DNA of 64,000 bases, taken from the IMG/VR virus record IMGVR_UViG_3300034152_000419, positions 1-64,000 of that record; one strand, 5' to 3'. How positions within the stretch are numbered: the stretch's first letter is position 1; every line of letters begins with the position of its first letter. The DNA comes from a virus. Below are positions 1 to 9,224 of this stretch, piece by piece. Below the pieces are notes generated by a model. The model worked only from the letters and a program-made list of their open reading frames with translations, searched no databases and was not told the DNA's origin. The position numbers and the translations under genes were made by a program.

Positions 1-98
1 CATTATTGAATCCACCCTTAACATCTATAACTCTACAACCAATCAATTTCTCTTTTAAATAATCACTTATATAATAATAATCTTTACTCCAACCCGGA

Positions 99-419
99 TC
101 ATGACCATGAGACCCCGCCACCTTTGCACCTCCTCCATTGTTTGACAATCGCCTTGAGGACCCGCAGATCATGTCCGCATTTTTTATGACACACCGATTG
201 CGTCGGTCTCTTTGGGTCCAGTGCATACACTTTGCCGATGATCGGATATCCGCAGATCGAGCAGTTGAATCCACCGTCGGGACGACGACTCATTTTCCTG
301 TCCTCATATCTGATCCGGTTTGATTTCCATTTGAGGTCCTTGATACATGAATCGCAGATCCCGACCCCCTGAATCGCATAGGGACGACCGCAGACGAGGC
401 AATATGCCGACTCGATCAT
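99..419 (-). CDS. Cys-rich (Zn-binding) hypothetical protein
   Basis: CxxC pairs (CLVC, CDSC, CSIC); overlaps upstream stop. Confidence 0.65.
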   Translation of the reverse strand: MIESAYCLVCGRPYAIQGVGICDSCIKDLKWKSNRIRYEDRKMSRRPDGGFNCSICGYPIIGKVYALDPKRPTQSVCHKKCGHDLRVLKAIVKQWRRCKGGGVSWS

Positions 420-895
420 TTAAGTTTCCTCATCTGCTTTGCAATCTTTGAAAGATCGAGTTTATCGAACTTGTTGAAATATTCAAGGATCTCCTGTTCG
501 AGTTTCTTTTTGCGTTCGATCTTTTTCATGAGAGTGAGGACCCTGTTCGCGTTTCGTTTCGTGTAAGCATAAAACCCGTCTGTCGTTGACGCCTTTTCCC
601 GTCTGCCGTGAGCGGTCCTGATCCAGACATCCCCGTTCTCTGCAACCGATGTGATCGTGACCTTTTCAAGCGGAGACTCATTCCCCCCGATCAGGAGACG
701 ATTGCTCCTCCATGAGGTCCGCCGCAGTGCCGAGATCGGTTTGAATTTATTTTTGATCAGGTTGTCAATATACCGTCGGACCTTGACGAGATCCGTGTTT
801 CGGTATTTGTCATCATATCCGTCACCGATTGCCGCGACGAACTCCCCCTCACTGTCTGAATATTTTATTGTGACGCCTTTGTAAATCTCCTCCAT
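416..895 (-). CDS. hypothetical protein
   Basis: 159 aa; AGGAGG RBS. Confidence 0.8.
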   Translation of the reverse strand: MEEIYKGVTIKYSDSEGEFVAAIGDGYDDKYRNTDLVKVRRYIDNLIKNKFKPISALRRTSWRSNRLLIGGNESPLEKVTITSVAENGDVWIRTAHGRREKASTTDGFYAYTKRNANRVLTLMKKIERKKKLEQEILEYFNKFDKLDLSKIAKQMRKLK

Positions 896-922
896 TTGAC
901 CTCCTCTCGTCGAGGTTGTCTG

Positions 923-1063
923 TCATGAGTATCTCCTCCACAGGGATCGTGCAATCTCACCGACTCCCCATATCAGGTATAGAGCAATAATCCAACATAT
1001 CCCGCCGAACATCACCCTCACGAACAGACCCATCGAATCGAAAATAAAATTTGTTATTTCCAT
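923..1063 (-). CDS. small membrane protein, 46 aa (not in ORF track)
   Basis: Manual translation MEITNFIFDSMGLFVRVMFGGICWIIALYLIWGVGEIARSLWRRYS; fills the gap; starts directly after the previous stop. Confidence 0.6.
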   Translation of the reverse strand: MEITNFIFDSMGLFVRVMFGGICWIIALYLIWGVGEIARSLWRRYS

Positions 1064-1306
1064 TTATGCTCTCCCCACTGACGCTCCGATATCCTCGTTT
1101 CGTTCGAGACGATCCGCAGTCTCCCGGAGTGCCTTGATCATATCGTCCCTTTGTGCGTTGCTTATATAATGACCCCCATGACCCTCACGATCACCGAACT
1201 CAAAAACAAGCAGAGCGAATCCGACTTTGTTCTCACCGAATGTCTCGACGAGTTTCCAGTCGATCTCCCTTGCAAAATCTCTCAACATTTTGTCGATATC
1301 GATCAT
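1064..1306 (-). CDS. hypothetical protein
   Basis: 80 aa; GGAGG RBS. Confidence 0.75.
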   Translation of the reverse strand: MIDIDKMLRDFAREIDWKLVETFGENKVGFALLVFEFGDREGHGGHYISNAQRDDMIKALRETADRLERNEDIGASVGRA

Positions 1307-1320
1307 CCCGCCGCCTCCGT

Positions 1321-1938
1321 TTATAGGTTTATAAAATTATAATCGAACCGGATCAGATCCTCGGAATAGATCTCCTCGACCAGTGTCCGAGACTCCTCCG
1401 TGTAATATTGCGTATAATGGGAAAACTCCCACTCGGTCTCGTTGCGATGTGCAAGATCACGAGGACCGACTCCGAGCACTTGACACAGATCCGCGAAATC
1501 ATCATGAATCCTCTCGAACCGTCCGATGAAATCAAATGGGATCGACCCCATAAATCGGGATTGAGGATTCCACTGTGACAGCCCCTTTGAGCGATAGAGT
1601 CCCGGAGGTGCAATTCCATTCTTGACCTGTTTTAAAACACTTAAAAAAGACGTGTCCCGGTCAACGAGACCGATTTTTTTCGAGTATTCAAACAAAGAGA
1701 CCGCCCGATCAAAGGGATTGCGAATAAAAGTGAATTTATAAGCGGACCTCAAAAAATCAAGGTTTATATAACCCCCCGACACGAGCAGATCGACAGGCAT
1801 GTGACAAAAAGTGACCTGTCCCCTGTTTCGGAAATCCCGGAGGTTGATGTGTTCAGGAAATCGCCGGAGTCCGAGCGACCACTCAATCGAACTCCCCGCA
1901 TTTTTCGGAATCCATAAAAACAACACGTCACGTTTCAT
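1321..1938 (-). CDS. sulfotransferase (Sulfotransfer_2-like)
   Basis: 5'-PSB-like IPKNAGSS and 3'-PB-like FIRNPFDRAVS; FDFIGRFE; IYSEDLIRFDY. Confidence 0.85.
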   Translation of the reverse strand: MKRDVLFLWIPKNAGSSIEWSLGLRRFPEHINLRDFRNRGQVTFCHMPVDLLVSGGYINLDFLRSAYKFTFIRNPFDRAVSLFEYSKKIGLVDRDTSFLSVLKQVKNGIAPPGLYRSKGLSQWNPQSRFMGSIPFDFIGRFERIHDDFADLCQVLGVGPRDLAHRNETEWEFSHYTQYYTEESRTLVEEIYSEDLIRFDYNFINL

Positions 1939-2407
1939 CTCTTTCCGCCTCTCTTTTTAATGCCGTGAATCTCGGTTCCCTGATTTTCAGCCGCCTCCGT
2001 GCCTCGTCCTCCTCATATTTATCGAGAACAGCGAGCAGATACATTCCCCCTACTTTTCGACAGAGCAGATCGAGAGGGATTCCTGCCTCGACAGCCTCAT
2101 TGAGGAAATCGCGGATCGTCGGTTCCCCGGAGTCCTCGATCTGAGGTGTCTCCTCCCCGACCGGAGTGACGTCGATGATCCTTTGTTCGAGTTCCATCGC
2201 ATCGAGCAACTTGAGAGCCTCGGTGACGTGCTTGATCACCGTTTTCGAGACGACATTCTGCATCTGAATGATCATGACCCCGTCTTTTTTGATCGTGTTC
2301 GACAGGGAGACCCCCATTTGTTGAGTTGCGTTGATCTGACGATCATCGTGCTCCTGATCCGCCGTCAGGATCTCATATAATTTTTTTCTCAGTTCCATGA
2401 GTTCCAT
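1928..2407 (-). CDS. hypothetical protein
   Basis: Start re-set to MELMEL directly after the upstream stop. Confidence 0.7.
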   Translation of the reverse strand: MELMELRKKLYEILTADQEHDDRQINATQQMGVSLSNTIKKDGVMIIQMQNVVSKTVIKHVTEALKLLDAMELEQRIIDVTPVGEETPQIEDSGEPTIRDFLNEAVEAGIPLDLLCRKVGGMYLLAVLDKYEEDEARRRLKIREPRFTALKREAERDET

Positions 2408-2408
2408 T

Positions 2409-3185
2409 TTAAAACGGGACCTCCTCTGATAGAGCGTGAGCAAATTTCCCGTAATCGTCATCAAAAATTCGGATGAACGGAAATGGGAGGATCTGAAACC
2501 CCTCAACAAAAAACCGTTTCGGAGTGATCCTCCGTTCGTAAGCGAATCGAGCAGATTCGAGATCTATCTGTTCGAGTGCCGTGTCGGGATCGAGAATCAG
2601 TTGATTGAGCCACCTTGACCCGATCACCGTGCAATCAGGCCACGGACCGTCCTTGTATCTCTTGAAAAACGGACTTTTAAATATGACCCATATCACGGAA
2701 AACGGAATAATCACTCCCGCGAGTGTGTTTTCTGCGAGGTGACGATATAAAGTGTCCTGATCTGATTTCGAGTTCATGATTCCCTTGAAAGTATGCCTCC
2801 ACACACAAAACCAGATCGTGTCTCCCGGAAATAAAACCTGATATCTCCAATATTTTGAAATCTGCTCGTCGAGTAAATTGAGGTGATGTCCCTGACGACA
2901 CGCCTTTGACTCAAAAAGTTGACCATGTCGCCGCCGGAGGATGTCCGGTCGAATCCATCCGCGATAATAGTCCTCATGGACCCGGACCGTGTCCCATAGG
3001 ACCCCCCCGAACAGACCCGATGTCATGAGTTCATAAAAAAACCCCATTCTGACGTGACCGTTATTCTCGATCCCGATTCCGGGGAGTTCCATTTGTTTAT
3101 ATTTCCGAGAATTGACGGATCGCCGCACAGGTTGAAAACCGTTCGAGTGTAAAGGGAGGATCGGATCAAAATATTTTGACGTCAT
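2409..3185 (-). CDS. PD-(D/E)xK-like nuclease-fold protein
   Basis: RPDI...FESK motif. Confidence 0.5.
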   Translation of the reverse strand: MTSKYFDPILPLHSNGFQPVRRSVNSRKYKQMELPGIGIENNGHVRMGFFYELMTSGLFGGVLWDTVRVHEDYYRGWIRPDILRRRHGQLFESKACRQGHHLNLLDEQISKYWRYQVLFPGDTIWFCVWRHTFKGIMNSKSDQDTLYRHLAENTLAGVIIPFSVIWVIFKSPFFKRYKDGPWPDCTVIGSRWLNQLILDPDTALEQIDLESARFAYERRITPKRFFVEGFQILPFPFIRIFDDDYGKFAHALSEEVPF

Positions 3186-3378
3186 CTCGCCGCCCGACGT
3201 GTCTGATTTCCCATTTTTGAAATTTGAGATAGTTCTTGACGTCCCGGAATGGATGACCGACGAGTTTTTTCAATATCGGAGCAGAAAAAACGACCCTGTC
3301 GTGACGGACAATGAGTCCCGCGACAAAGTGACCTCTCCTCCACCCAGTAACTCGATATAAATCACCCCTTGGAATCAT
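3166..3378 (-). CDS. hypothetical protein
   Basis: 70 aa; overlap-coupled to neighbours. Confidence 0.65.
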   Translation of the reverse strand: MIPRGDLYRVTGWRRGHFVAGLIVRHDRVVFSAPILKKLVGHPFRDVKNYLKFQKWEIRHVGRRDDVKIF

Positions 3379-3721
3379 CTCCGTTGCCTTTTTTCGGTTT
3401 TTGTCTCTCTGCCGCGAGATGAGCCGGGAGGATCAGTCCAGTGCTCGCCTTTTGCACGAGTCCCTTATTTGCCTCGATCTCTTTGAGCAGTGTTTGACGA
3501 CCGACCCTCATCCCGACATGGAAAGACTCATGAATGAGGTTGTTTATCTGATTGATGATATCCTCTTTGACTTTGTCGGGAGTCTCAGAGATCCTCAATG
3601 TGTTCAAGTTCGCCACGACCGGAGCGAGTTTTTCAGGAGGGACCGTGATTTTCGCCGAGACCCGAACCTGTTTTAGTTGCTCCGCCTCTTTTCGTTCAAG
3701 TTTTGCTCTCTTTCCGCTCAT
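3362..3721 (-). CDS. hypothetical protein
   Basis: 119 aa; ATGA overlap; AGGAGG RBS. Confidence 0.75.
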   Translation of the reverse strand: MSGKRAKLERKEAEQLKQVRVSAKITVPPEKLAPVVANLNTLRISETPDKVKEDIINQINNLIHESFHVGMRVGRQTLLKEIEANKGLVQKASTGLILPAHLAAERQKPKKGNGDDSKG

Positions 3722-4524
3722 TTTTTCCTCCTGATATCTGTCCGAATCTGTCTGAGACCCCGTCTTTTCAGCATTTTACAGACGACCGTGTGATCACTGA
3801 AACAGTTTTTGATCTCCGTGATAAAAAGATCGACGACGTGAGATGTTTTCATCGTTCGGAGCATATCATCAATTTCGGATTCCGGTTTTGTGCACACGTG
3901 TGCACCACAGAGAGAGCATTTTGCGACAAACATCTCCTCATCGGATAAAAATCGAACCTGACAGTCTGCCGGGAAATCAAAAATATTGATCGGGAGATCC
4001 CGACCTCGCATTTTTTCGGGTTTTCTGTCAGACCAGTATTTTTGAGGATGCACCTCTCCCATTTTGTGAATCTCAATCGGCACGACTCCCGGAAAACACT
4101 CCTCGTCCGCATGATATCCGATAGCATTGAGGACCTCCTCCCTGATCCTCTCCCTGTTCTTGTTGACCTTGTCCTCATAACTGATTGTGTGAATGATCTC
4201 CCCGCACCGATCACACAACAAAAGAGTCGATCTGCGACGGAGGTCCTCCTCGACGTTGATCCATGCCGGAAATCCTTTTGAGTAATAAGTTCGATTATAG
4301 TCCCGCACCGTGACCCCCATGATCGCGTCATCCGTGTTCTGTGCAATCTGCTCCGCGAGCATTTCGACGACCTCGTTGTAATGATCGGGATGACGTGCGT
4401 TTTCGAGCATGTCCCTGACTCTTTGCTCGATTCCAGAGTCAAGAATGTCCCTGCCGCCCCTCATGATATTATATTCAAGGTCTGAGGTATTGACCCCGAT
4501 TTTGATATCCCGGTCCTTTGCCAT
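3718..4524 (-). CDS. hypothetical protein with two CxxC...H/C metal-binding repeats
   Basis: CDRC and CSLC motifs; 268 aa. Confidence 0.75.
   Translation of the reverse strand: MAKDRDIKIGVNTSDLEYNIMRGGRDILDSGIEQRVRDMLENARHPDHYNEVVEMLAEQIAQNTDDAIMGVTVRDYNRTYYSKGFPAWINVEEDLRRRSTLLLCDRCGEIIHTISYEDKVNKNRERIREEVLNAIGYHADEECFPGVVPIEIHKMGEVHPQKYWSDRKPEKMRGRDLPINIFDFPADCQVRFLSDEEMFVAKCSLCGAHVCTKPESEIDDMLRTMKTSHVVDLFITEIKNCFSDHTVVCKMLKRRGLRQIRTDIRRKK
3890..3905. repeat. 16-bp palindrome GTGCACACGTGTGCAC, copy 1 (intragenic)
   Basis: Read directly. Confidence 0.95.
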
Positions 4525-4527
4525 GAA

Positions 4528-4872
4528 TCACCCCCACTCTGCGAGGATTCGCGCCTTGTGCTCGACGTCCTGTCGGTTGAACCAGATGAGAGCCGCGAGC
4601 AGTGCGATTTTTTCCTCCTGATCTTTACGTTCGAGCATCCCCTCCCGGACAGCCTCAATGAGTTGCTTTCGCAGTTCGAGCAGTTTTCTCCCGGACGCAT
4701 CGACCTCCTCTTTCGGATCGAAATTGAAATCCATTTTCTGATTTTTGATCTGACGGACCGCAGAGTTTTTCACGATTTTCGCGAACTCCCGAAACATCCG
4801 ATCAAATTTGATCTCATCGTCGCGAGTGTTTCTGTGAATGAATTTCGGTGTCGGTTTCTCACTTTTGATCAT
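4528..4872 (-). CDS. hypothetical protein
   Basis: Start re-set to MIKSEK with GGAGGAG RBS. Confidence 0.65.
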   Translation of the reverse strand: MIKSEKPTPKFIHRNTRDDEIKFDRMFREFAKIVKNSAVRQIKNQKMDFNFDPKEEVDASGRKLLELRKQLIEAVREGMLERKDQEEKIALLAALIWFNRQDVEHKARILAEWG

Positions 4873-5038
4873 CCCTCTCCTCCTCGATGTCATCATATCT
4901 TGACGGATATTTTTTCCTCTTTTTCCGAATGAATCCCGTTTCCGCCTTTGACGGGAGATCCCGGAGTCTCGCCTCCTCAAGTTTCTTGTCCATCGACTCA
5001 ATCGGAGTGCGTTCTTTCGGTGTGTGCCTGATAACCAT
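4859..5038 (-). CDS. small hypothetical protein, 59 aa (not in ORF track)
   Basis: MVIRHTPKERTPIESMDKK...; starts right after the TerL stop; AGGAGAGG RBS. Confidence 0.55.
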   Translation of the reverse strand: MVIRHTPKERTPIESMDKKLEEARLRDLPSKAETGFIRKKRKKYPSRYDDIEEERDDQK

Positions 5039-7117
5039 TTATCCTCTCCTCCTGATCCGAATATTTCGGACCTGACGACCGGATCGACGTGATCCGCGAC
5101 TCGCAGATCGATCACGTCTGCTCGATTGTCGATATCGCGCCTCTTTTTTATGGAGCATATAAACGACCCCCGCAGAGGCATCCGAGACGTCTTTCGACCC
5201 TCCCGCCGGATGATCAACTTTGTCCTTTTCAGGATCGCGTTCGAGTCCCCTCAACTCGTTTGCGAGTGTCTCATGCCGGGGACAGATAAATCTCTCGTCT
5301 TTGATCGATAATTTCAACTCTGTATATGGAGCAATCGAGGCATCGACTGAGAGCGTCCCGGATCGAATCTTTGCTTTCCTGAACGCCTGAATCAACATCG
5401 CGGATTGATACGAGTCCATCGTGCACCATTTGAGGAAAAGACGGGACCTGATATATAAAATCAGATCCCGGACGAGATGGAGATCGACCTCGTCGTTTTT
5501 CGGAGCGAGGATTCTCAATGCACCGTCAATCGTGTATATGGGAGCATTAATATCATTAAATTCGAGCAATTCTGAGGTCCTCTCATCGAATACTTGAACA
5601 TTTTGGAGCAGTTTATATCCAGAGATCCGCCCGATTGCCAGTCCCGCCGCATCTTGTGTCAGACCGACGTCGAGGTGTGCCGCGAATCCGACCGTTTTGT
5701 CCGGGAGCAAGTCCTCAAGATACTCAAAATCGATGATCTGCTCCCAGTCAGGAGACTCAGGATCGACGATGTCCTGCAACACGACGTCTGACATTCTGAA
5801 CAGTTGCCGCCCCTCATATATCGTCTCATGTTCGCTCTGAGACGCCTCAATGAGTTCTCTCTGAGGGATGAACGGATGTTTCGCCCCTGTCGCAATTCCC
5901 GCGAGATCCCGCAGAGCAGTCTCAAGATCCCGCTCGAACTCTTTTCGATAGGTCTCCGGGACCCACACGACGTCACTTTCGTCCTGAGCCTCGGAGATGT
6001 CCTTGAGAATCCGGGATCGTTTGACATCGTTTCCGATCTCGACCGGAAATTTCTCACTCGTGAACCGGGACGGAGGGAGAGACTCCCATTGTGACATTTT
6101 CATCACAAATATTGTCGGATCGGTCTCCGACTCTTTGAGTTTCCGATCTGTAAAGTCTCCCGGATAGTTGACCGACGAGACGAGATAGAGTTTTCCGGGG
6201 ATTTTTGTCTTTTGAATGAACCGGGATTTCATTCTTTTGATCAGTGTGTTATAGAGCCGCTCCGCCTGATCGAACTCCTCCTCCCTCGTGAGTGCGACCC
6301 GGACCGAATCCTTTGTTTTCTGCATGAAATTGAGTTCGTCGATGATCCCCCCAAAGGTGTTCATCCCCAGTGCCGCAGTGTCATTCCCTCCGACCGGGAC
6401 GACATAGATATTTTTCGGAAACCGGAGTTCCGATTTCACATTCGGATCGAACATGAAATTCCTTTGAAAATATGGACTCATCTCGATCCGTGCTTTGAAC
6501 TGCTCAAAAATGTCCTTTTTTGCCAGTGCGAGAGAGATCGACTGCATGATCATCATGATCGACGATCCCGGAGCGAGATCATATTCGACTTGAGGATTGT
6601 GAAAACAGGACAATTTATAAAGATCGTAAGCGAATGACATATCCGCGAAATAGTTTTTCCCGATCCCGATTGCTCCGGTCAAAAGGACCTCAACGAACCT
6701 GTCCTCCGAGTGCAATTCGATCAGTTTTTTGCGGACTGCCGGACGAACATATCCCACTTGACCCATAAATTCAGCGGATTCAACGAACTCCATAATGTCC
6801 ACGATCCGGGGGACACACAGACCCCTCTCCTGACGCAAAAAAGACGAGTCCCCTGTCCTGAACAGCTTTTCACAGTTCGCGAGAAACCCGCACAGTTCCC
6901 CCGAACGGACAAACTGATTACCGTCGATCTCAATCATTTTGACTGATTTCACAAGTGCCTCATATATGACCTCCGATTTTTCGCGCAGACCATACTCAGC
7001 GAGCAGACCTCGAATCCCGTCCAGTGCGACATTGATGTCAATCGCCTCCATCGTCATCGATGAGGACACATTCGTCTGAGGAAACATTTTTGTCTCCTGT
7101 CTCCGCCGCTCTGACAT
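5039..7117 (-). CDS. terL: terminase large subunit
   Basis: Walker A GAIGIGKN, Walker B GGIIDE, nuclease HLDVGLTQD, C-terminal DHP..GSKDVSD. Confidence 0.88.
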   Translation of the reverse strand: MSERRRQETKMFPQTNVSSSMTMEAIDINVALDGIRGLLAEYGLREKSEVIYEALVKSVKMIEIDGNQFVRSGELCGFLANCEKLFRTGDSSFLRQERGLCVPRIVDIMEFVESAEFMGQVGYVRPAVRKKLIELHSEDRFVEVLLTGAIGIGKNYFADMSFAYDLYKLSCFHNPQVEYDLAPGSSIMMIMQSISLALAKKDIFEQFKARIEMSPYFQRNFMFDPNVKSELRFPKNIYVVPVGGNDTAALGMNTFGGIIDELNFMQKTKDSVRVALTREEEFDQAERLYNTLIKRMKSRFIQKTKIPGKLYLVSSVNYPGDFTDRKLKESETDPTIFVMKMSQWESLPPSRFTSEKFPVEIGNDVKRSRILKDISEAQDESDVVWVPETYRKEFERDLETALRDLAGIATGAKHPFIPQRELIEASQSEHETIYEGRQLFRMSDVVLQDIVDPESPDWEQIIDFEYLEDLLPDKTVGFAAHLDVGLTQDAAGLAIGRISGYKLLQNVQVFDERTSELLEFNDINAPIYTIDGALRILAPKNDEVDLHLVRDLILYIRSRLFLKWCTMDSYQSAMLIQAFRKAKIRSGTLSVDASIAPYTELKLSIKDERFICPRHETLANELRGLERDPEKDKVDHPAGGSKDVSDASAGVVYMLHKKEARYRQSSRRDRSASRGSRRSGRQVRNIRIRRRG

Positions 7118-7862
7118 ATTTCCATGACCCGTCCTCGTCCTGAATCAACTTGACTGACTTTGCCTGAACCAACTCCGCGAACCTGTTTGCGACATCCGCC
7201 ATTTTCTCACGTTCCGGGAGAGACATCGATCCGACGACACCTTTGATGTGTGCGTGGAAATGGAGATTTTCGGGAGACGGTCCGGGACCCGCGATTCCGA
7301 GTTCAATCTGTAATTTGACATATTGATTGACCATGTCCGCGAGGACTTTGAGAGCGTTGTCGGTCTGCTTTGACATATATCCGACCTCGTTCTCATATTC
7401 CATCATGAGAGTCGCTCTCTCTTGTTGTGACAAGATCCCCCATGCAAGGACAGAGAGTCCATCACATTTTTCAACGAGTCCCTTTGTTTTGCGGTCGAGA
7501 ATTTTCGCGACTTTTTTGTTCTCTGAACTGTCCTTGTTGCCTCCGGTGATCTTTGCGAGTTGCAAGTCTCCGAGTGCCTTGTCCCGGAATGTGCGAACGG
7601 ATCGAGCAAGTGAGGTCGTCTGTGACTGAACCATAATTCCCCACTGCTCCTGAGCAATTCGCGCCAGTCCATAACACGCTTGACCGACTTTGAGTCGGAA
7701 ATAAAACTCCGCGAGTTGAGCATCCGAGAGGTGTCTCAACCACGTCCCTTTTTTTCCGGGCGGAGCGACAATATGTCGCAGTCTTTTGATCAGAGGTTCC
7801 GGGACACTTTCGACAAGTTCCTTGATCCCCTCACCGATCCTCGGTTTTCTCGGTTTCGACAT
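7038..7862 (-). CDS. hypothetical protein, possible terminase small subunit
   Basis: Helical protein directly upstream of terL; function inferred from position only. Confidence 0.45.
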   Translation of the reverse strand: MSKPRKPRIGEGIKELVESVPEPLIKRLRHIVAPPGKKGTWLRHLSDAQLAEFYFRLKVGQACYGLARIAQEQWGIMVQSQTTSLARSVRTFRDKALGDLQLAKITGGNKDSSENKKVAKILDRKTKGLVEKCDGLSVLAWGILSQQERATLMMEYENEVGYMSKQTDNALKVLADMVNQYVKLQIELGIAGPGPSPENLHFHAHIKGVVGSMSLPEREKMADVANRFAELVQAKSVKLIQDEDGSWKYVRAAETGDKNVSSDECVLIDDDGGD

Positions 7863-8184
7863 CCGATTCAATCTCCTCAAAATAGGTTCCCCACATTCTG
7901 ACCGTCAGATCGACGACCCCCGTGAGATCCTTTGCCAGTTTCGCTCTCTGAATGTCTCGACCCCGATTGTCCATCGCGAGGATCTCCCATTTTCTCTCGA
8001 TATTGCGTTCGAGTCGGTCGAATTTCCATGCAGTAACTCCCAAAAACACGACCTGAGATATCAAAAATATCAAAAGAAAAAAGATCGCCTCTCGGACCGG
8101 GAGGATGAGAACAGATCCGGTGACATTAAGGACTTGAGTCTCAATTATTTCCCCGTCAATTTCCGTTTCTCTATTATCTCCCAT
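7831..8184 (-). CDS. membrane protein
   Basis: Hydrophobic segment AIFFLLIFLISQVVFLGV. Confidence 0.65.
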   Translation of the reverse strand: MGDNRETEIDGEIIETQVLNVTGSVLILPVREAIFFLLIFLISQVVFLGVTAWKFDRLERNIERKWEILAMDNRGRDIQRAKLAKDLTGVVDLTVRMWGTYFEEIESDVETEKTEDR

Positions 8185-9167
8185 GTCACCTCCTCAGTCA
8201 ACTCCGCGAGTCCGTCCCTTTTCCACATCTGAGCACACTTTTTCGGAGTGAGATGGTCATTGAGCGAGAGACGATGTCTGAGCATCTTGAGCCACCACAT
8301 CGAATCAAGAGCAGTGAGACCCTCTCTCTCCTCAGCGACAATATTGATCATATCTTTTCCGGTTTTCGCGGATTCCAGATAAAACCAGATCGTGTCAAGG
8401 TGATACTCGTCAAGTGCATCACGTCCCTGTCCTGCCTGATTCCATCGGGACAAGATTTTTCCGATTGCCTCCCTGCCGACCTGTGTGTGTTTGTCGAATA
8501 CATACCACGGGAGGGAGACCGTCCTCGGTTTTGTGCGACCATTGACTTTTTTGACCCACCGATCCCGACCTTTTTTCAGATCCTCGTTGACTGCCGCCTC
8601 ATCGAGTCCCCGCAGAAACAAAAGGATCATCCCCGTGAAAGCGAAATATCGATCATTGAGCATCCCGCCTCCGAGAGATCGATTGTGAAAAACATTCATC
8701 GCGTCATGTTCATAGAGGTCGAGTTGCCTCTCATCCGTGCCTTGCATATAGGCAACATAAACCTCGTTGACAACCTTGAGATAATCCCCCTCATACTCAC
8801 GATCTGCATATTTTCTGAAATAACGCAATTCTTTAAATTCAAGATGTTTCGACCGTCCCTTGTGATGGATAAACGACCAGAGTCCCGGACAGTCTTTTGA
8901 TTTTGTCGCGATGCACAGTTTGAAAATAAATTTTTTCCAGTCTGCTTTCAAGCGAGAGTTTGTTGCGAGCAGTTTTGCAAGTTCCCCGGTGAGGTGAAAA
9001 CACTCCTCGATTGTGATCGAGTGCGTTCTCCATCTGAGCCAGTCTCGGTGTTGATCATCCTTTTCCCACAGTGCCTCAAAACAGGTATTGACGAGATCCA
9101 GATCCCCGCGCCTGATTCCTTTTTGTATTCCCGAACGACACCCATAAATGAAATCTTGATCCCACAT
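8145..9167 (-). CDS. MgsA/RarA C-terminal-like helical protein lacking the AAA domain
   Basis: SGIQKGIRRG and LPWYVFDKHTQVGR motifs. Confidence 0.5.
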   Translation of the reverse strand: MWDQDFIYGCRSGIQKGIRRGDLDLVNTCFEALWEKDDQHRDWLRWRTHSITIEECFHLTGELAKLLATNSRLKADWKKFIFKLCIATKSKDCPGLWSFIHHKGRSKHLEFKELRYFRKYADREYEGDYLKVVNEVYVAYMQGTDERQLDLYEHDAMNVFHNRSLGGGMLNDRYFAFTGMILLFLRGLDEAAVNEDLKKGRDRWVKKVNGRTKPRTVSLPWYVFDKHTQVGREAIGKILSRWNQAGQGRDALDEYHLDTIWFYLESAKTGKDMINIVAEEREGLTALDSMWWLKMLRHRLSLNDHLTPKKCAQMWKRDGLAELTEEVTWEIIEKRKLTGK

Positions 9168-9224
9168 TTCGCCGCCTCAAAAAGATTGACCGGACCCCCC
9201 ATCTGAGAGGTCCGGTCTCGGTTG

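Noticed and set aside
1-98. AT-rich left end as att site or genome terminus
   Set aside because: Too short at the window edge; no repeat or tRNA to support it
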